Below, one piece after another: positions 1-13,600 of a DNA stretch of 64,000 nucleotides (the stretch's first letter is position 1; each line of letters starts with the position of its first letter). The stretch covers positions 44,460,401-44,524,400 of the forward strand of contig CM120641.1 in the NCBI GenBank assembly GCA_051362555.1. The letters run 5' to 3'. Both the position numbers and the translations under genes were made by a program. Under the pieces are notes generated by a model. That model ran no database searches, was not told the origin of the DNA, and saw only the letters and a program-made list of their open reading frames with translations. This DNA comes from Lingula anatina (taxonomy: Eukaryota > Animalia > Brachiopoda).

Positions 1-2508
1 ATTAAATGCTAATTATCTACCCTACTGAAGGAGTTATGCGAAAAATTTCTATAGACGGCTTTCCAAAAGTCATATGTGTAGATTTCAAATATACCCTTGG
101 ATTTGACCTTTGACCTTTACTTCAAGGTCAAATGGGCCAAAATTTTCAAAAAAATGAAATTTTTTACGAAAAAAAATTTTTTTGCCCTGTTATTCAGACA
201 CTAAACAGACTTAACCAATAATATTATTGGAAAGTGTTACCCTTCAGGTCATCTTTCATCTCCATGAATTTGGGGTCAATCGGTGCATTTTCACGGGAGT
301 AGCGGCCATAAGATACCGAAACTGAAAACTGTCTCTAATTCGGGAACCGTTAATGCTAGAGACCCATTCTTTTTTGCATTTTGTAGAGCATGTAAAGCCC
401 AACACTGGAAGTGGTCTCGGTTTTTTTGTATTCCATACGGTTTTTGAGTTACGCTGTATCAAAAAGTACATATTGGTGGTAAAAGCAAAATGTGCAGTAC
501 GGTAATGGATAATAAATTTTGAACTCTGGAAAAATAAAACATAAGGCTTGGAAAAGCAGACAACTTGTGTTCAAAAATGACATTATTTCATCAAATTTGA
601 ACTTCTGAAACTTCAGAGCACCTCCTATTTCAAGAATTTTGACCAAAATGACATTTTCTTTATTTTAATTAATTTTTTCTGTACGAAATTTAAGGCACAT
701 TATGGTAACTCCAAAATTATAACATTTAGTCCCTTATATCTCCAAAACTGGCAGAGATAGGTCCATAGTTACTATTGAAGTTGAATAGGAAGTCATATAC
801 TGGCTATCTTTCTGTGACCTTAAAATTGACCTTTGACCTACTTTTCACCATGAACTGAACTTTGCAAATTTTGCTTCCCTTTTATCTCCAAAACTGGCAG
901 AGATAGGTCCATAGTTACTATTGAAGTTGAATAGGAAGTCATATACTGGCAATCTAAATGTGATCTTAAAATTGACCTTTGACCTACTTTTTACCATGAA
1001 CTGAACTTTGCAAATTTTGCTTCCCTTTTATCTCCAAAACTGGCAGAGATAGGTCCGTAGTTACTTTTGAACTTGAATAGGAAGTCATATACTGGCAATC
1101 TTAATGTGACCTTGAAATTGACCTTTGACCTACTTTTCACCATGAATTGAACTTTGCAAATTTTGCTTTCCTTTTATCTCCAAAACTGGCAGAGATAGGT
1201 CCGTAGTTACTATTGAACTTGAATAGGAAGTCATATACTGGCAATCTAAATGTGACCTTTAAATTGACCTTTGACCTACTTTACACCATGAACTGAATTT
1301 TGCAAATTTTGATTTTCTTTTATCTCCAAAACTGGCAGAGATAGGTCCGTAGTTACTATTGAACTTGAATAGAAAGTCATATACTGGCAATCTAAATGTG
1401 ACCTTGAAATTGACCTTTGACCTACTTTTCACCATGAATTGAACTTTGCAAATTTTGCTTTCCTTTTATCTCCAAAACTGGCAGAGATAGGTCCGTAGTT
1501 ACTATTGAACTTGAATAGGAAGTCATATACTGGCAATCTATATGTGACCTTAAAATTGACCTTTGACCTACTTTTCACCATGAACTGAATTTTGCAAATT
1601 TTGCTTTTCTTTTATCTCCAAAACTGGCTGAGATAGGTCCGTAGTTACTATTGAACTTGAATAGGAAGTCATATACTGGCAATCTAAATGTGACCTTGAA
1701 ATTGACCTTTGACCTACTTTTCACCATGAATTGAACTTTGCAAATTTTGCTTTCCTTTTATCTCCAAAACTGGCAGAGATAGGTCCGTAGTTACTATTGA
1801 ACTTGAATAGGAAGTCATATACTGGCAATCTATGTGACCTTAAAATTGACCTTTGACCTACTTTTCACCATGAACTGAATTTTGCAAATTTTTTTCCCTT
1901 TTATCTCCAAAACTGGCAGAGATAGGTCCATAGTTACTATTGAACTTGAATAGGAAGTCATATACTGGCAATCTAAATGTGACCTTAAAATTGACCTTTG
2001 ACCTACTTTTCACCATGAACTGAACTTTGCAAATTTTGCTTTCCTTTTGTCTCCAAAACTGGCAGAGATAGGTCCATAGTTACTATTGAACTTGAATAGG
2101 AAGTCATATACTGGCAATCTAAATGTGACCTTAAAATTGACCTTTGACTTACTTTTCACCATGAACTGAACTTTGCAAATTTTGCTTTCCTTTTGTCTCC
2201 AAAACTGGCAGAGATAGGTCCATAGTTACTCTTGAACTTGAATAGGAAGTCATATACTGGCAATTTACTGTGACCTTGAAATTGACCCTTGACCTATCTT
2301 ACATCTTACGAAGAACTTAAATTTGATTGTACCATATATATTTTTTGCAAAAGTTTAAAAATTCTTGTTGATTGCATTTTTACAGCTTGTCAAGCACAAA
2401 ACTGGTGGCTGTGTCCCTTATTTTGTGTATGTGGGGGTCTATACGAATGCGCTTGCTCCAGCTGGTGGTACAATATTCGGAGGCGGTATCGCCTCTCTGA
2501 TCCTCTAG
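1..2508 (+). mobile_element. Non-autonomous Helitron-type element (3' portion; 5' end outside window) with an internal 146-bp tandem array
   Basis: Hairpin GAGGCG-gtat-CGCCTC at 2480-2495, then CTAG at 2505-2508 followed by T, which is the canonical Helitron 3' terminus. The TGACCTTTGACCT motif occurs near 105-117 and in the array units. No coding capacity. Confidence 0.65.
735..2296 (+). repeat. Tandem array of about 11 copies of a 146-bp unit
   Basis: TCCAAAACTGGC recurs at 741, 887, 1033, 1179, 1325, 1471, 1617, 1763, 1906, 2052 and 2198 (spacing 146, once 143). Units are highly similar; the last is partial. Confidence 0.97.
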
Positions 2509-2619
2509 TTAATATTCTGGGTTCTCCTAGACCTGAGTTACCTTAAAAAAAAAATAATAAAGCAGCATTGAACAGAATAAGATATTAGATATGTAGTGTA
2601 ATGAATGAATTGCTGAAAT

Positions 2620-2935
2620 CAGACCTACCCAACTACCAGACTCGGCACCGAATGATCCTGAATTCACCGGTAGATCGGACCACACTACCCGTTTTCAAGG
2701 TGTGTATCACTACGCATTTCACAGTATCAGACGCGACTCCGCTCTTGCCTAGTACGCGATGTGATAGTGACGATTCTCAGCTGGGTTGAAAAGTATTGTA
2801 TCACCACTCAAAATTTGTTCGGGTATGATACTGTGAAATGCGTACTGATACACACCTTGAAAAGGGGTAGTGTGGTCTGTTCTGTCGGTGAATTCAGGAT
2901 CATTCGGTGCCGAGTCTGGTAGTTGGGTAGGCCTG
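2620..2935. mobile_element. MITE with about 110-bp imperfect terminal inverted repeats and a 6-bp target-site duplication
   Basis: Left arm CAGACCTACCCAACTACCAGACTCGGCACCGAATGATCCTGAATTCACCG... pairs with right arm ...CGGTGAATTCAGGATCATTCGGTGCCGAGTCTGGTAGTTGGGTAGGCCTG. TGAAAT flanks both ends (2614-2619 and 2936-2941). Confidence 0.88.
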
Positions 2936-4313
2936 TGAAATGGTGGTCTACACATTTTCAAACTCACCACCTCCCATCCCACAAACTTGTCTTTGGTGAA
3001 ATATTATAATTCTTTCATTTTTCAGAATGCTGTTGAATTACTCATAGAATATTGAGAATACAATTCCGTAATATTTTGTTGGGAAAGGGTTCTGGGAGGG
3101 TTAAGCTTTTGTCAGATTTCTTTATGGATTTGCTCTGACAAATTTCCTATTGGCATTAAACATAACATTTAACTGGCCACAAGGGATTAAAATGTGGAAC
3201 TTGAAATTGACGTTTTATGTCAGACACATTCACTGCAGTGATAATTTCTCTCCAGTTTCTTTGCTATCAACTCCCCATTTTGCATTAGCCCGGCGGTTAT
3301 TTTGATCGATGCAGGAGAATGCACATAAATCTTTGTGAAGGTCACCTCTGCTTCTTCTATAGACTTCCAACTATACTGCAGCCGTGACTCACTCACTCAC
3401 CCAGTCAGTCTAGCAGCAGAGTATATATTTATAATTTGTCTATACAACAATATTATAACCACCATTATGGTTGTGCCATAATAGACCCCATCTTCCCAAT
3501 CACTCGTGAGATGAATATTAAATGAGGCACAGCTGGGGCACCTCTCAAAAAGAAGTTGGTCTAAACTTGAAAACCCCAAAAGCGTCTTTAGTCCGGGGTG
3601 TTAAATGAAGTCGTCAACTAAAATGCATGAAATATTGGTCTGGAACAGCTATTTATTTTTGTTAATAAAACAGGAACGATTTTTATTGAAGTGTACTGAT
3701 TCCACCGATTCCTTTTGAGTCAAAGTAGAACTAGAATTTTGGTCTATAAGTAAGGGCCAACTTTCAGTCTGAAATTCTTTTGTGAAGGTGGTCACTGCTC
3801 AGGAAGAACTAGTTTGTCAAGTGCATTGGCACAATGTGTGTTGAAAATGAAACAGGTATTGTATGCAGGTGATAAGCCCTTATTTTGCACTTGAGGAATT
3901 TTCTAAAGGTCCTAATCAAGAGTTGGGTTACTGCACAAGGAAGGGTGGCCCCTCCTCTTTTTGACAACCTAAACAACCTCTTTTTACTAACATGAATGTG
4001 GAGGGTATGATAAAGATACATTTCAGTACTCCTGCTATAGAGAAGAATTACACGAATAATTTACTGGAAAAATAAGTCATGGAATAAATAAGTAAGAAAT
4101 AAAATGGATATAAGCAATTGACAAGGAAGTGAATGGAGATCTAGGATATCATCTAATGCTTGTGTTTGTATGGCTAAAAATGATTCAATACCTGATGAAT
4201 AATTTAAAATTTAGGTGGTTTTTAAAGAAAGGAACCATTTTACTTCTTTAGAAAAACAAATATCTGGCATTTACATATTATTTATGTCCTTGTTTTGAAT
4301 CTCTTCCCTATAG

Positions 4314-4552
4314 ATCCAGGACATCACTATAGAGGATGCAGACAGCAGTGAGACCAGATCTGCCAAGGATGCTCTGCTATTGTGGTGCCAGATGAAGACA
4401 GCAGGCTATGCCAATGTCAACGTCAGGAACTTCACCACCAGCTGGAGAGATGGGCTGGCTTTTAACGCCCTCATACACAAACACAGGTACAGAAATATGC
4501 AGTGGTTTCTTTAAGATGTATTCTTTGAAAATTGTTAAAATTTGAAATTAAG

Positions 4553-4611
<59 letters not shown>

Positions 4612-7600
4612 TATTTTTGGAGGGTGTTGATCACCAGGCGTGAGGAATAAAATTATCCTGTGTACAAGAGTTAAAGATAAAAAACATGTATATTGGCTTT
4701 CTTAATAAATGTCAAAATCCACCATTTTATTTTTATCTTGAGATATATGCTAAATGGGAAAACCATTATTTACGTGAAGTCTTTTAAAGAAACCTTTTGA
4801 AATGTAAGTTTTTGTTACTATTTGAATTTGTCACTTTTATATTTTTGTAAGATTTGAATTTTTTATTTATATTTCAGACCCGACTTGATCGCTTATGACC
4901 GCTTGTCCAAGAACAACCCCATGTTCAACCTGAACAATGCTTTCAATGTGGCAGAAGACAAGCTGGGGCTTACAAAGCTTTTAGATGCAGAAGGTAGTTT
5001 TTTGTAACAATTTAAATCAATAAATAAAGGAAGAAAAATACTGAGAGAGGTTTCTAAGAAGAGTTGGCGATGTTGTAGTTTATAGATTGTATAAACCATC
5101 GAGTTTCAATTTGTGGATTTTCTAATGATCCAATTATACATAGATAACTATTGAATTTCAGATGTTGCTGTTGAGGTTCCTGATGAGAAGTCCATCATTA
5201 CCTATGTGGTCACATACTACCACTACTTCTCCAAGATGAAGGCAGAATCTGTGCAGAGCAAGCGTATTGGAAAGGTAGGCCAATTTTCAAAGTATTTTTT
5301 AATATGAAAAGATTTCTTGGAATTCTTCAGAGAAAATATCTAGTGCAGTGGTGTAAAGTAGTTTCATGATTGTTAGCCCTCTGGCTGAGGCAATTGACTA
5401 ATAGATTTTGCATCGGACTTGTAAAAAAAATGGGCTTTTCAATTTCATAATCAGAATAAACTAGTAGGTGTGTTAGTCATTGATTTATATTATTCTCCCA
5501 TTGTCTGTGCATTTTATCTTTAGACTAGAACTTGTTTGTTTTGGACTAGCTCTTTTATGAGGCATAATCTGTAATTGACACAATAATGTATCTTGAGTTT
5601 GCATTTTATGTTAATCAACTCAACATTTTGCTTTACTAGGTCTTGAACAGTGCAATGGAAAATGATAACATGGTCAACGAATACGAAACTTTGACCTCTG
5701 ACCTCCTGCAGTGGATCGAGCAGACGATCACTTTACTCAATGACCGCCATTTTGAAAACTCACTGCAAGGTGTTCAGCAGCAGCTGGGAGCTTTTAACAC
5801 CTACAGAACAGTGGAGAAACCACCAAAGTAAGGACACACTCATGAGAAATTAATGAATATGATTTAGAGTTGAGATGATATACTCCCATAACTCATATTC
5901 TTTTGGTTTAGAAATTTGTTCAGGATATGCAGAGATTCTGGTTTTAGGCAATGTTTATATAGAATTTAGGTAATACCAAAAAATTGAGGTATAACCATAA
6001 AATATTAATTATTTCAGGTTTGTGGAGAAGGGCAATCTGGAGATCCTCTTGTTTACCTTACAAAGTAAAATGAGGGCCAACAACCAGCACCCTTACTTCC
6101 CCAAAGAAGGGAAAATGATCTCAGACATCAACAAGGCCTGGGAGAAACTGGAAAAAGCAGAACATGAAAGGGAGCTTGCTCTTAGAGAGGAACTGATCAG
6201 GTGGGCAAAATAACTCAGTCATGGAGTTATGTGCTTGCTTATGATACAGAGGCCTGTTCAAAAAAGCCTTTATTTTTTAGGCTGAGCATTGTAGACGACT
6301 AACTTAAGTCCACTTTAGGATACTAGTCTAATAATAAATAACTTAGTTGACATACTCAATGCATGGGTTATTGTCACCACCCCAAAGACATTTTTCTGTT
6401 ACTTTTTGTACACATTGTATATAGGATTCGCAAGACTTTTTAAAATTGATCGAATTATATTTTTGTTCTTCAGACAAGAAAAACTTGAACAACTGGCAGC
6501 CAGATTTGACAGGAAAGCTGGTATGAGAGAAACATGGCTGAGTGAGAACCAGCGCCTGGTTTCACAAGATAACTTTGGCTTTGACCTGCCTGCAGTCGAA
6601 GCTGCCACCAAGAAACATGAGGCCATAGAAACTGATATCAATGCATATGAAGAAAGAGTCCAGGCAGTTGTTGCAGTTGCATATGAATTGGAACAAGAAA
6701 GCTATCATGATATCAGCAGAATCAATGCCAGGTATATTTTGGGTCATAGAAATGATAAATATTGCTTTTATTTGCTTCAAAAACACTAACTTTCAGAATG
6801 TTTAAGTAATACACTTACTAATTAGATTGATTGTTTTCAAACTAACCAGTTATATTGCAAAAAAGTATTTGCACCCTGACATTTCTCCCCTCTCCCTGTT
6901 GTAGGAAAGATAATGTTCTTCGCCTGTGGAACTACCTGCTCGAGTTGTTGCGTGCACGCCGCATGCGACTGGAACTGTCGCTATCCCTGCAGAAGGTCTT
7001 CCAGGAGATGATGTACATACTGGACTGGATGGAAGAGATCAAGGTAAGTGGGGGTTCTGTGATGCATTGAGCTTTTTAATGTGATAAAATCCATATATTT
7101 AGATTACTGACTATTGCATCCAAATTATGTGAGAATATTGATTAGAACACTGCTAAAATTATCAAAGCAGTGATGCCCATCATTTAGTGACTTTTATGAA
7201 AATTGGATGCAACAGATACATCCTATTATCATCTTTTATCTTAATTCTCTATTTTATATGTTTATTTTGTGTTTTCAAGGAAATTAAAATATGAAGAAAT
7301 TAAATCCAAACCCATATTTGCACATGTGTGTTTATGTACATACACATATGTATTTTTTTACCCAAGTGTGTAATACGTATGTACTTTGCCAGGCACGTCT
7401 GCTGTCAGAAGATTATGGTAAACATCTGATGGGGGTGGAGGACCTGCTGCAGAAACACATGCTGCTGGAGGCAGATATCAATGTTGTTGGAGAGAGAGTA
7501 AAGAACGTGAACTCACAAGCCGAGAAATTTGTTGAAGGAGAGTTTGCAGAAGTTGGAGGTTGGTGGCAGTCTTTATTCAAGATATAAAGATTAATCATTC

Positions 7601-10600
7601 AGTCTAGTCGTCAGTCACTTGCGGAAACAATGAACAGTTTTTGCAGAAAATTAAAAAAGAGAAAATATTTTCAAATTTACTAATCAATTTAGACATGCAC
7701 ACATGTAAAGGTTGTTTAGACAACTATTATCTCTTATATCTCATCTTCAGACACCTTGGTTTCTTCTAGAGTGAACAGGAGGCAAAGAAGATATAGGCAT
7801 AAATACTTTTTAATAGAAAAAAGTGTTTTGGGGAAGAAAGGCAATTTATGTGGTGCATTCCTTCCCTCACAGGATGAAAGTTTACATGTTGATAATTCTG
7901 TTGCCAGGTTACAAACCATGTGACCCTCAGATAGTACAAGAGCGTATGGACAGTCTGGATGCTGCATATGAAGAACTCCAGCAGCTGGCCGCAGACCGCC
8001 GTGCCAGGCTGGAGGAATCCCGCAAACTGTGGCAGTTCTACTGGGACATGGCTGACGAGGAGGGCTGGATCAAGGAGAAGGAGCAGCTCATGTCCAGTCC
8101 AGATCTTGGCCACGACTTGACCAGTGTCCATCTGCTGCTGAACAAACATAAGGTATGTGGAAAGAAAACTCGGAATGACATTAGTGGTGTGTTTCAGTTA
8201 CCAGGGAGAGCAGAGTAGCATAACAAATTGTTGGAATCTTAATTTAAAATCAATATTATGCAACAACAGTTGAGACAGCAAGATAAAGAGCACATTGGGG
8301 CCTGTACACCCCAATGCAAGGAGGTAATTTAAATGATTTCATAATTGGTTCCTTTTTTATCTAAATTCTGATTAAGCTAAATATCTAAGAAATTATTACC
8401 AATTAAGTACAAACAGTAAACAGTCAAAGAAATCTTTTAAAAAATAGTAACTTTTCTTAGGCATTTTGTATACCAGTGTGAGTCTAAGAGCATTATTTGT
8501 TAAACCTCTGTACATAACACAGTCATTCTTTTGTTTTTAGTCTTTGGAAGATGAGATGACAGCCCGTCACTCCCACCTGCAGTCTGTCATCCAGGTAGGC
8601 AATGACTTGATCCAAGCTGGCAACTTTGGTGCAGACAAGATCCAGTCCAGAATTGACGAAATCAACCAGCAGTGGGACAACCTCATTGATCTGGCTGGAT
8701 ATCGCAAGAAGAGGCTGTTGGAGGCTGTAGACTATTACCAGGTAAGTCTTGGGGTCTTCTCATGACTTTAATACTAATACTTATGTAATATTTCTAGATT
8801 TTATTTTTGGAGTGGACTTCTGCTGATAACTCCTTGCTCGCTTGATCTAGTAGATGTTGACAAATATTGTCAGATTGGAAATAGTTTTTAAAGAAATGTA
8901 TATGTATCATAATTTAACCTCCGGTCACTCTATGGGAAACACAGGCCCCTTAATGTACAATGAAATGGCTTCAGACTTTATATCACTGTGCATTAAGGCC
9001 CTTTGGGAATTAAGAAGTAAGGCTTTTTCTTTTCCTCTTTTAAATCAGTAGGAAAAGCATGGAGATAAAGTGAGGATGGATCAAATGGATATCTTTAAGT
9101 GATGCCTTATTTATAATTCTTTGGCTTCCACTGTCTTATACTCTCCCTCATGAATGATCCATTCATGCTTTGTCTTTCAGTTCTTCGCCGATGCTGATGA
9201 TGTAGATACCTGGATGTTGGACACTCTGCGTCTTGTGTCCAGTGAGGACGTAGGAAGGGATGAGGCCAGTGTCCAGTCACTCATTAAGAAACATAAGGTA
9301 AGGTAGAATGACCATCGTCCACTAGGTGAATGGACAAAAATGAGTGGTTATAATGTATTTGTTGTATACTATTACCTCTGTTTATGTTAAATTGGGAATG
9401 TTGACACAGAAGATATAGTGCAGATCAGTTATGGATTACTAATGGCATGAAGTCTCAGTTTTCTACTTGTTAAATAAACTTTGCAGAAAAAGTTCACAAT
9501 TTTTATGTTGGTACTAATTGTTTGAAAAAAATCTATATCATGTACATTGTTTCAACTTCAATATTTATTCATCTTATTTGATCTTTGTTCTCTTTTGGAC
9601 CTGGCACCTGCAGTATAATAGTTTCTATATATAGTTATGGATTTCTGTTGGTGTTGGGTAGATAGTATTGAGGACTGGTGCATTTATATATTTACATATA
9701 TAGTTTTAGTATTGTTTGCCTGGTTATGGAATGATACTTATTAGGTAGAGAAGAGTTAGTATAATCCATTGTGAAGATTTGTTGATTTGTATGGAAGCAC
9801 CACCTTTCTTCCTAGGCAGAGTGGCTGCCCTGTCCTCACAGACTGACTCAGACTGACCCAATCTTAGATATCTAGTCCTACTAACACACTATTTGATAGA
9901 TCTTCTACATCTGAAACGGTTCTCTTGTGTCCAACCCTCCATGCACCTTCTCTCTTAATTTCCAACATCTTTTCAAACTCTAACCACTCTACAGTAGGTA
10001 TAATAGGCACCAGATCCCTCCCTACTCCACCAATACTACCACTACTACTACTACTATTGTTACTACTACTAAATGCATGATATCACTACTCTGTTCATTG
10101 TAGGAGATTATGGATGAGATTGAGAGGCAACGGCCAACAGTGAGTGCATGCAACTGTTCAGTGCAACACTGCTTTGGTTGCAGAGCTATGAGTGGCCATT
10201 ATTTTGTGTTTGTTTCTGATCTGTCTTTTTATTCTAACAGATTAAACCTTAGTGGTAACTGTGCACAGACAATGGGAGAGATTTTTAAGATAAATGTTTA
10301 CATTGTCAAACCTCAAAAAATCTCATTTTTTTAAAAAAAATGTATTAAAAAGAATTTACCAATTTCTGTTTATAAACTCTACCCACGTGAACTTGACATT
10401 CACTTGTATTTGGGGATTGTTAACTGTTTAATTTACATTTAACAACCCAAGTTATTTGAGAAAATAAAAAATAAATTTCATCAGTTGGATAGTAATAGTA
10501 ATGATGAAGGTTTGGGGATATTATTTGGTTGAATGAAATATTTACATAATAATAATCATGATGGTGAGGAGGGGAGTTATGATTTTACTATTGGGAGGGT

Positions 10601-13600
10601 GTTGATCTCTCCCATGTCTGCTGTCAGTACCCATGTCAGTATTTTACCCTTGTTTGCATCCAACTGTTAGTTGTTTTTATAGTTTTTGGAGACACAGAAG
10701 CAGTCTGTCCAAATGGGGAATGTGACAGAAACATAGCCTTGTTTTTTCCCCTTTGTCAACATTAATCCATTCTTCCATTTTTGCAGTGAACCATTTCAAT
10801 AATAACATACCAGTTGGCTTTCTTTGTACTTTTTGTTTGACTTTATGTTCACATTGTTACAATCCTTGTGTGTCCAGCCAGCTACAGTTAGCCAGCACTT
10901 CACAGCCAGATTTGACCTAGAAGGCAGGTGGTCAGTGTGACAACTGACCGCTCAAACTGACCATTGCTAGGGCAGCATAGATGGACTAATCTCCCTTGTA
11001 GACCTTTGCAAGCCCTAGTTGACTTTTTGTCCATGTTTTGTTAGCATTGCTACTCTACCAGTGTATTAAGTCACCACAGAGCACCCCCCACCCACCAGCC
11101 TAGGACCCACTGGTGCTGGGGAAGTCATAAACCATGGCCGCAACCTATTAATTAAGTGATTATAATTTAGGCTGCATACTACCAGATGTTATACATTATT
11201 ATTAGTATTATCATATGTACGCACAGCTTTTGTTGTTAAAGGTGTAGGGGGTGAATTAATGTCATGATATCATTTACCCCAAGCAGGATATTTTCCAAGG
11301 TCACTGTTTTCAATTATCCATTCAAAAATGTGTGACTTGACATAATTTCCTGGTATTTTATTATTATTTATCCCCTAAACCATAATATATAATATAATCT
11401 ATCATAATTCTAAACTTCCCTGCTTAATGTAATTTTTTTTACAGCCGTTAAAATGAAATCATTTAAAAGATTACATATTTAATTCCCCCCCCCCCCCCCA
11501 GCTTAATCTCAATACTACAGTTAAGGAATTCACCCCCTATGCCTTTACGCATGATTTGTTTCAATCTTCTTTTCTAAAGCAAGTTAGTATTTGATACATA
11601 GGTTTTTAATCCAAATGGTTACATATCTTGAATGTTGTAATGGGATTTGATAAGTTAATGTAGCATATCTGACTATATGAATATATTAAAAGGCTTTGCC
11701 CTTGTTAATGTGTAGTTTGAGCAAAAAATGTAGCCATTTTGAGCTTGGATTAAACTTACTGGTATTTTGTTGATATTTTAGGATGTGACAGATGAATTGA
11801 AGAACTATCAGAGTGTCATCACAGCACTGCATGAACAAGCTGGCAGTTTGGGAGAACAGGTAAGATATGGAGGCTGTTGGAAAGGAAATATGGAGGTAAA
11901 ATGTCTCTTATAATTGATAGATTGCAATGGCATCCTTTGATAAATAGAAAATGCCCTTTTGAAACATTTTTAGATGTGCACTGGCAGTCTGCACCTTAAG
12001 CTTTTCAACCAGCTGGTAGCTCTGACTAGACTTTAGAAGAATACACCAGTGTTAATCAATGTGAAGCCTTAGACTAGTGACTTATGCCACAGACTGCTAA
12101 ATATTCCTATTTCAGAATAACATGTAAACTCAGGTGCAGACTAAACACAATTTCAATAATTGGATTATTGACAGACTTTAAAGCAGATTCAGTGTAGGCA
12201 GCATAGCTATTTTCAGAGCAAAGTTTACATAGATATTCCTGGAAGAAGGGTCCAATTTCAAAATGGGAGACGTAAAAAAATAAAATTCACAACATAGAGC
12301 AATCTTTATATTTTCCACTAGAATTATCTACTTTCACATTCTCCTGTTCAGTATAACTGTTATATCTTAGATGTGTGGTTGTCTGCACTGCCAATTTATT
12401 TATCACTAGGCCTAGATTATTTCTCTTGCCCAATTTTTTACATTTTCAAAAATATTTTTATTTATTTGTATAAATTTATTTGTAGGACCGAGACTCCCCC
12501 GAGGTCCAGGGAAGACTGGGCAGTATTGACCGTCGTTACCAAGAACTTGTGGAGCTGGCCAAGCTGAGAAAACAACGCCTGCTGGACGCACTGGCACTGT
12601 ACACCCTGTTCAATGACGCTGACAGTGTGGAGGCCTGGATTGAAGAGAAGGTAAAAAGTTATCACTGGATATTCAAACCCAGTTAGTTATGAATAATGGT
12701 TGACAGTTTACTACATTGTTGGTAACTTGGCATTCCTGGAGTCTGCATTTTCACGTGTGTAGTGGAAATGGATTGTAAGATATTGTTGATTTTATAGAGT
12801 AAAATTGTTATGTAATGTGTGAAATCTTTTTCAGAGGCAGTCATTATCAAAGATATATATATGACATAATAGTGATGTCCTTTAACCTAAAAGAATCTAA
12901 TATTTTGTATTTGATAGGAGAAATTCCTGGCCAAGATGGTGCCTGCCAGTGATGACATTGAAGATGTAGAAATCATGAAGCACAGATTCGAGGGCTTTGA
13001 GCATGAAGTGAATGCCACAGCATCCAAGGTGGCAGTCGTCAACCAGATCGCCAGACAACTGCTCCATAATGAACATCCCAACTCAGACGAGATTGTGGCC
13101 AGACAGAACCAGCTGAACACCAGGTCAGTGAGCTATAGCCTTGCTCTAGGATAACATTTCTCTTAATCAAATAGCTGGATAATTTTAGCCAAATCAAATT
13201 TTGAATTTTTCAATGAAAACTTTGGCTGAAAACAGGACATTTTATATACTGAGATATTTTAGATACTCTTTTTGAGTTAGTATTTGCTTAGCGGGCAGTT
13301 AAAATTCATTGTGTGATATAAGTACAGTGCAGAAGATAAGGCCTCAAAAAAAGTCTACAGATGAAATGTATTGATAATAGAAAAATGGTCTAGAACAACA
13401 ACTGATAGTTATTTTGAAAGAACCTATTTTAGTAATTTTATGGTAAGTGTATCAGTCAATTCCATCAAACTTACAGAGTAAGACCAAACCTTGAACAAAA
13501 GCTAGCCTGATATTTTGTTGTGTATTGTATTTATGAATATATGAGTATTGAGTTGTGCATTAATGCTTCCCAAAATAACAGTTATTATAAGTATCCTATT

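Noticed and set aside
735-2296. CRISPR-like array
   Set aside because: Units are contiguous near-identical 146-mers with no unique spacers, no cas genes are present, and the context is a spliceosomal-intron eukaryotic genome.
3390-3780. Possible transposase remnant on the minus strand (CPSCA)
   Set aside because: Interrupted by stops and lacks any diagnostic motif I can name.
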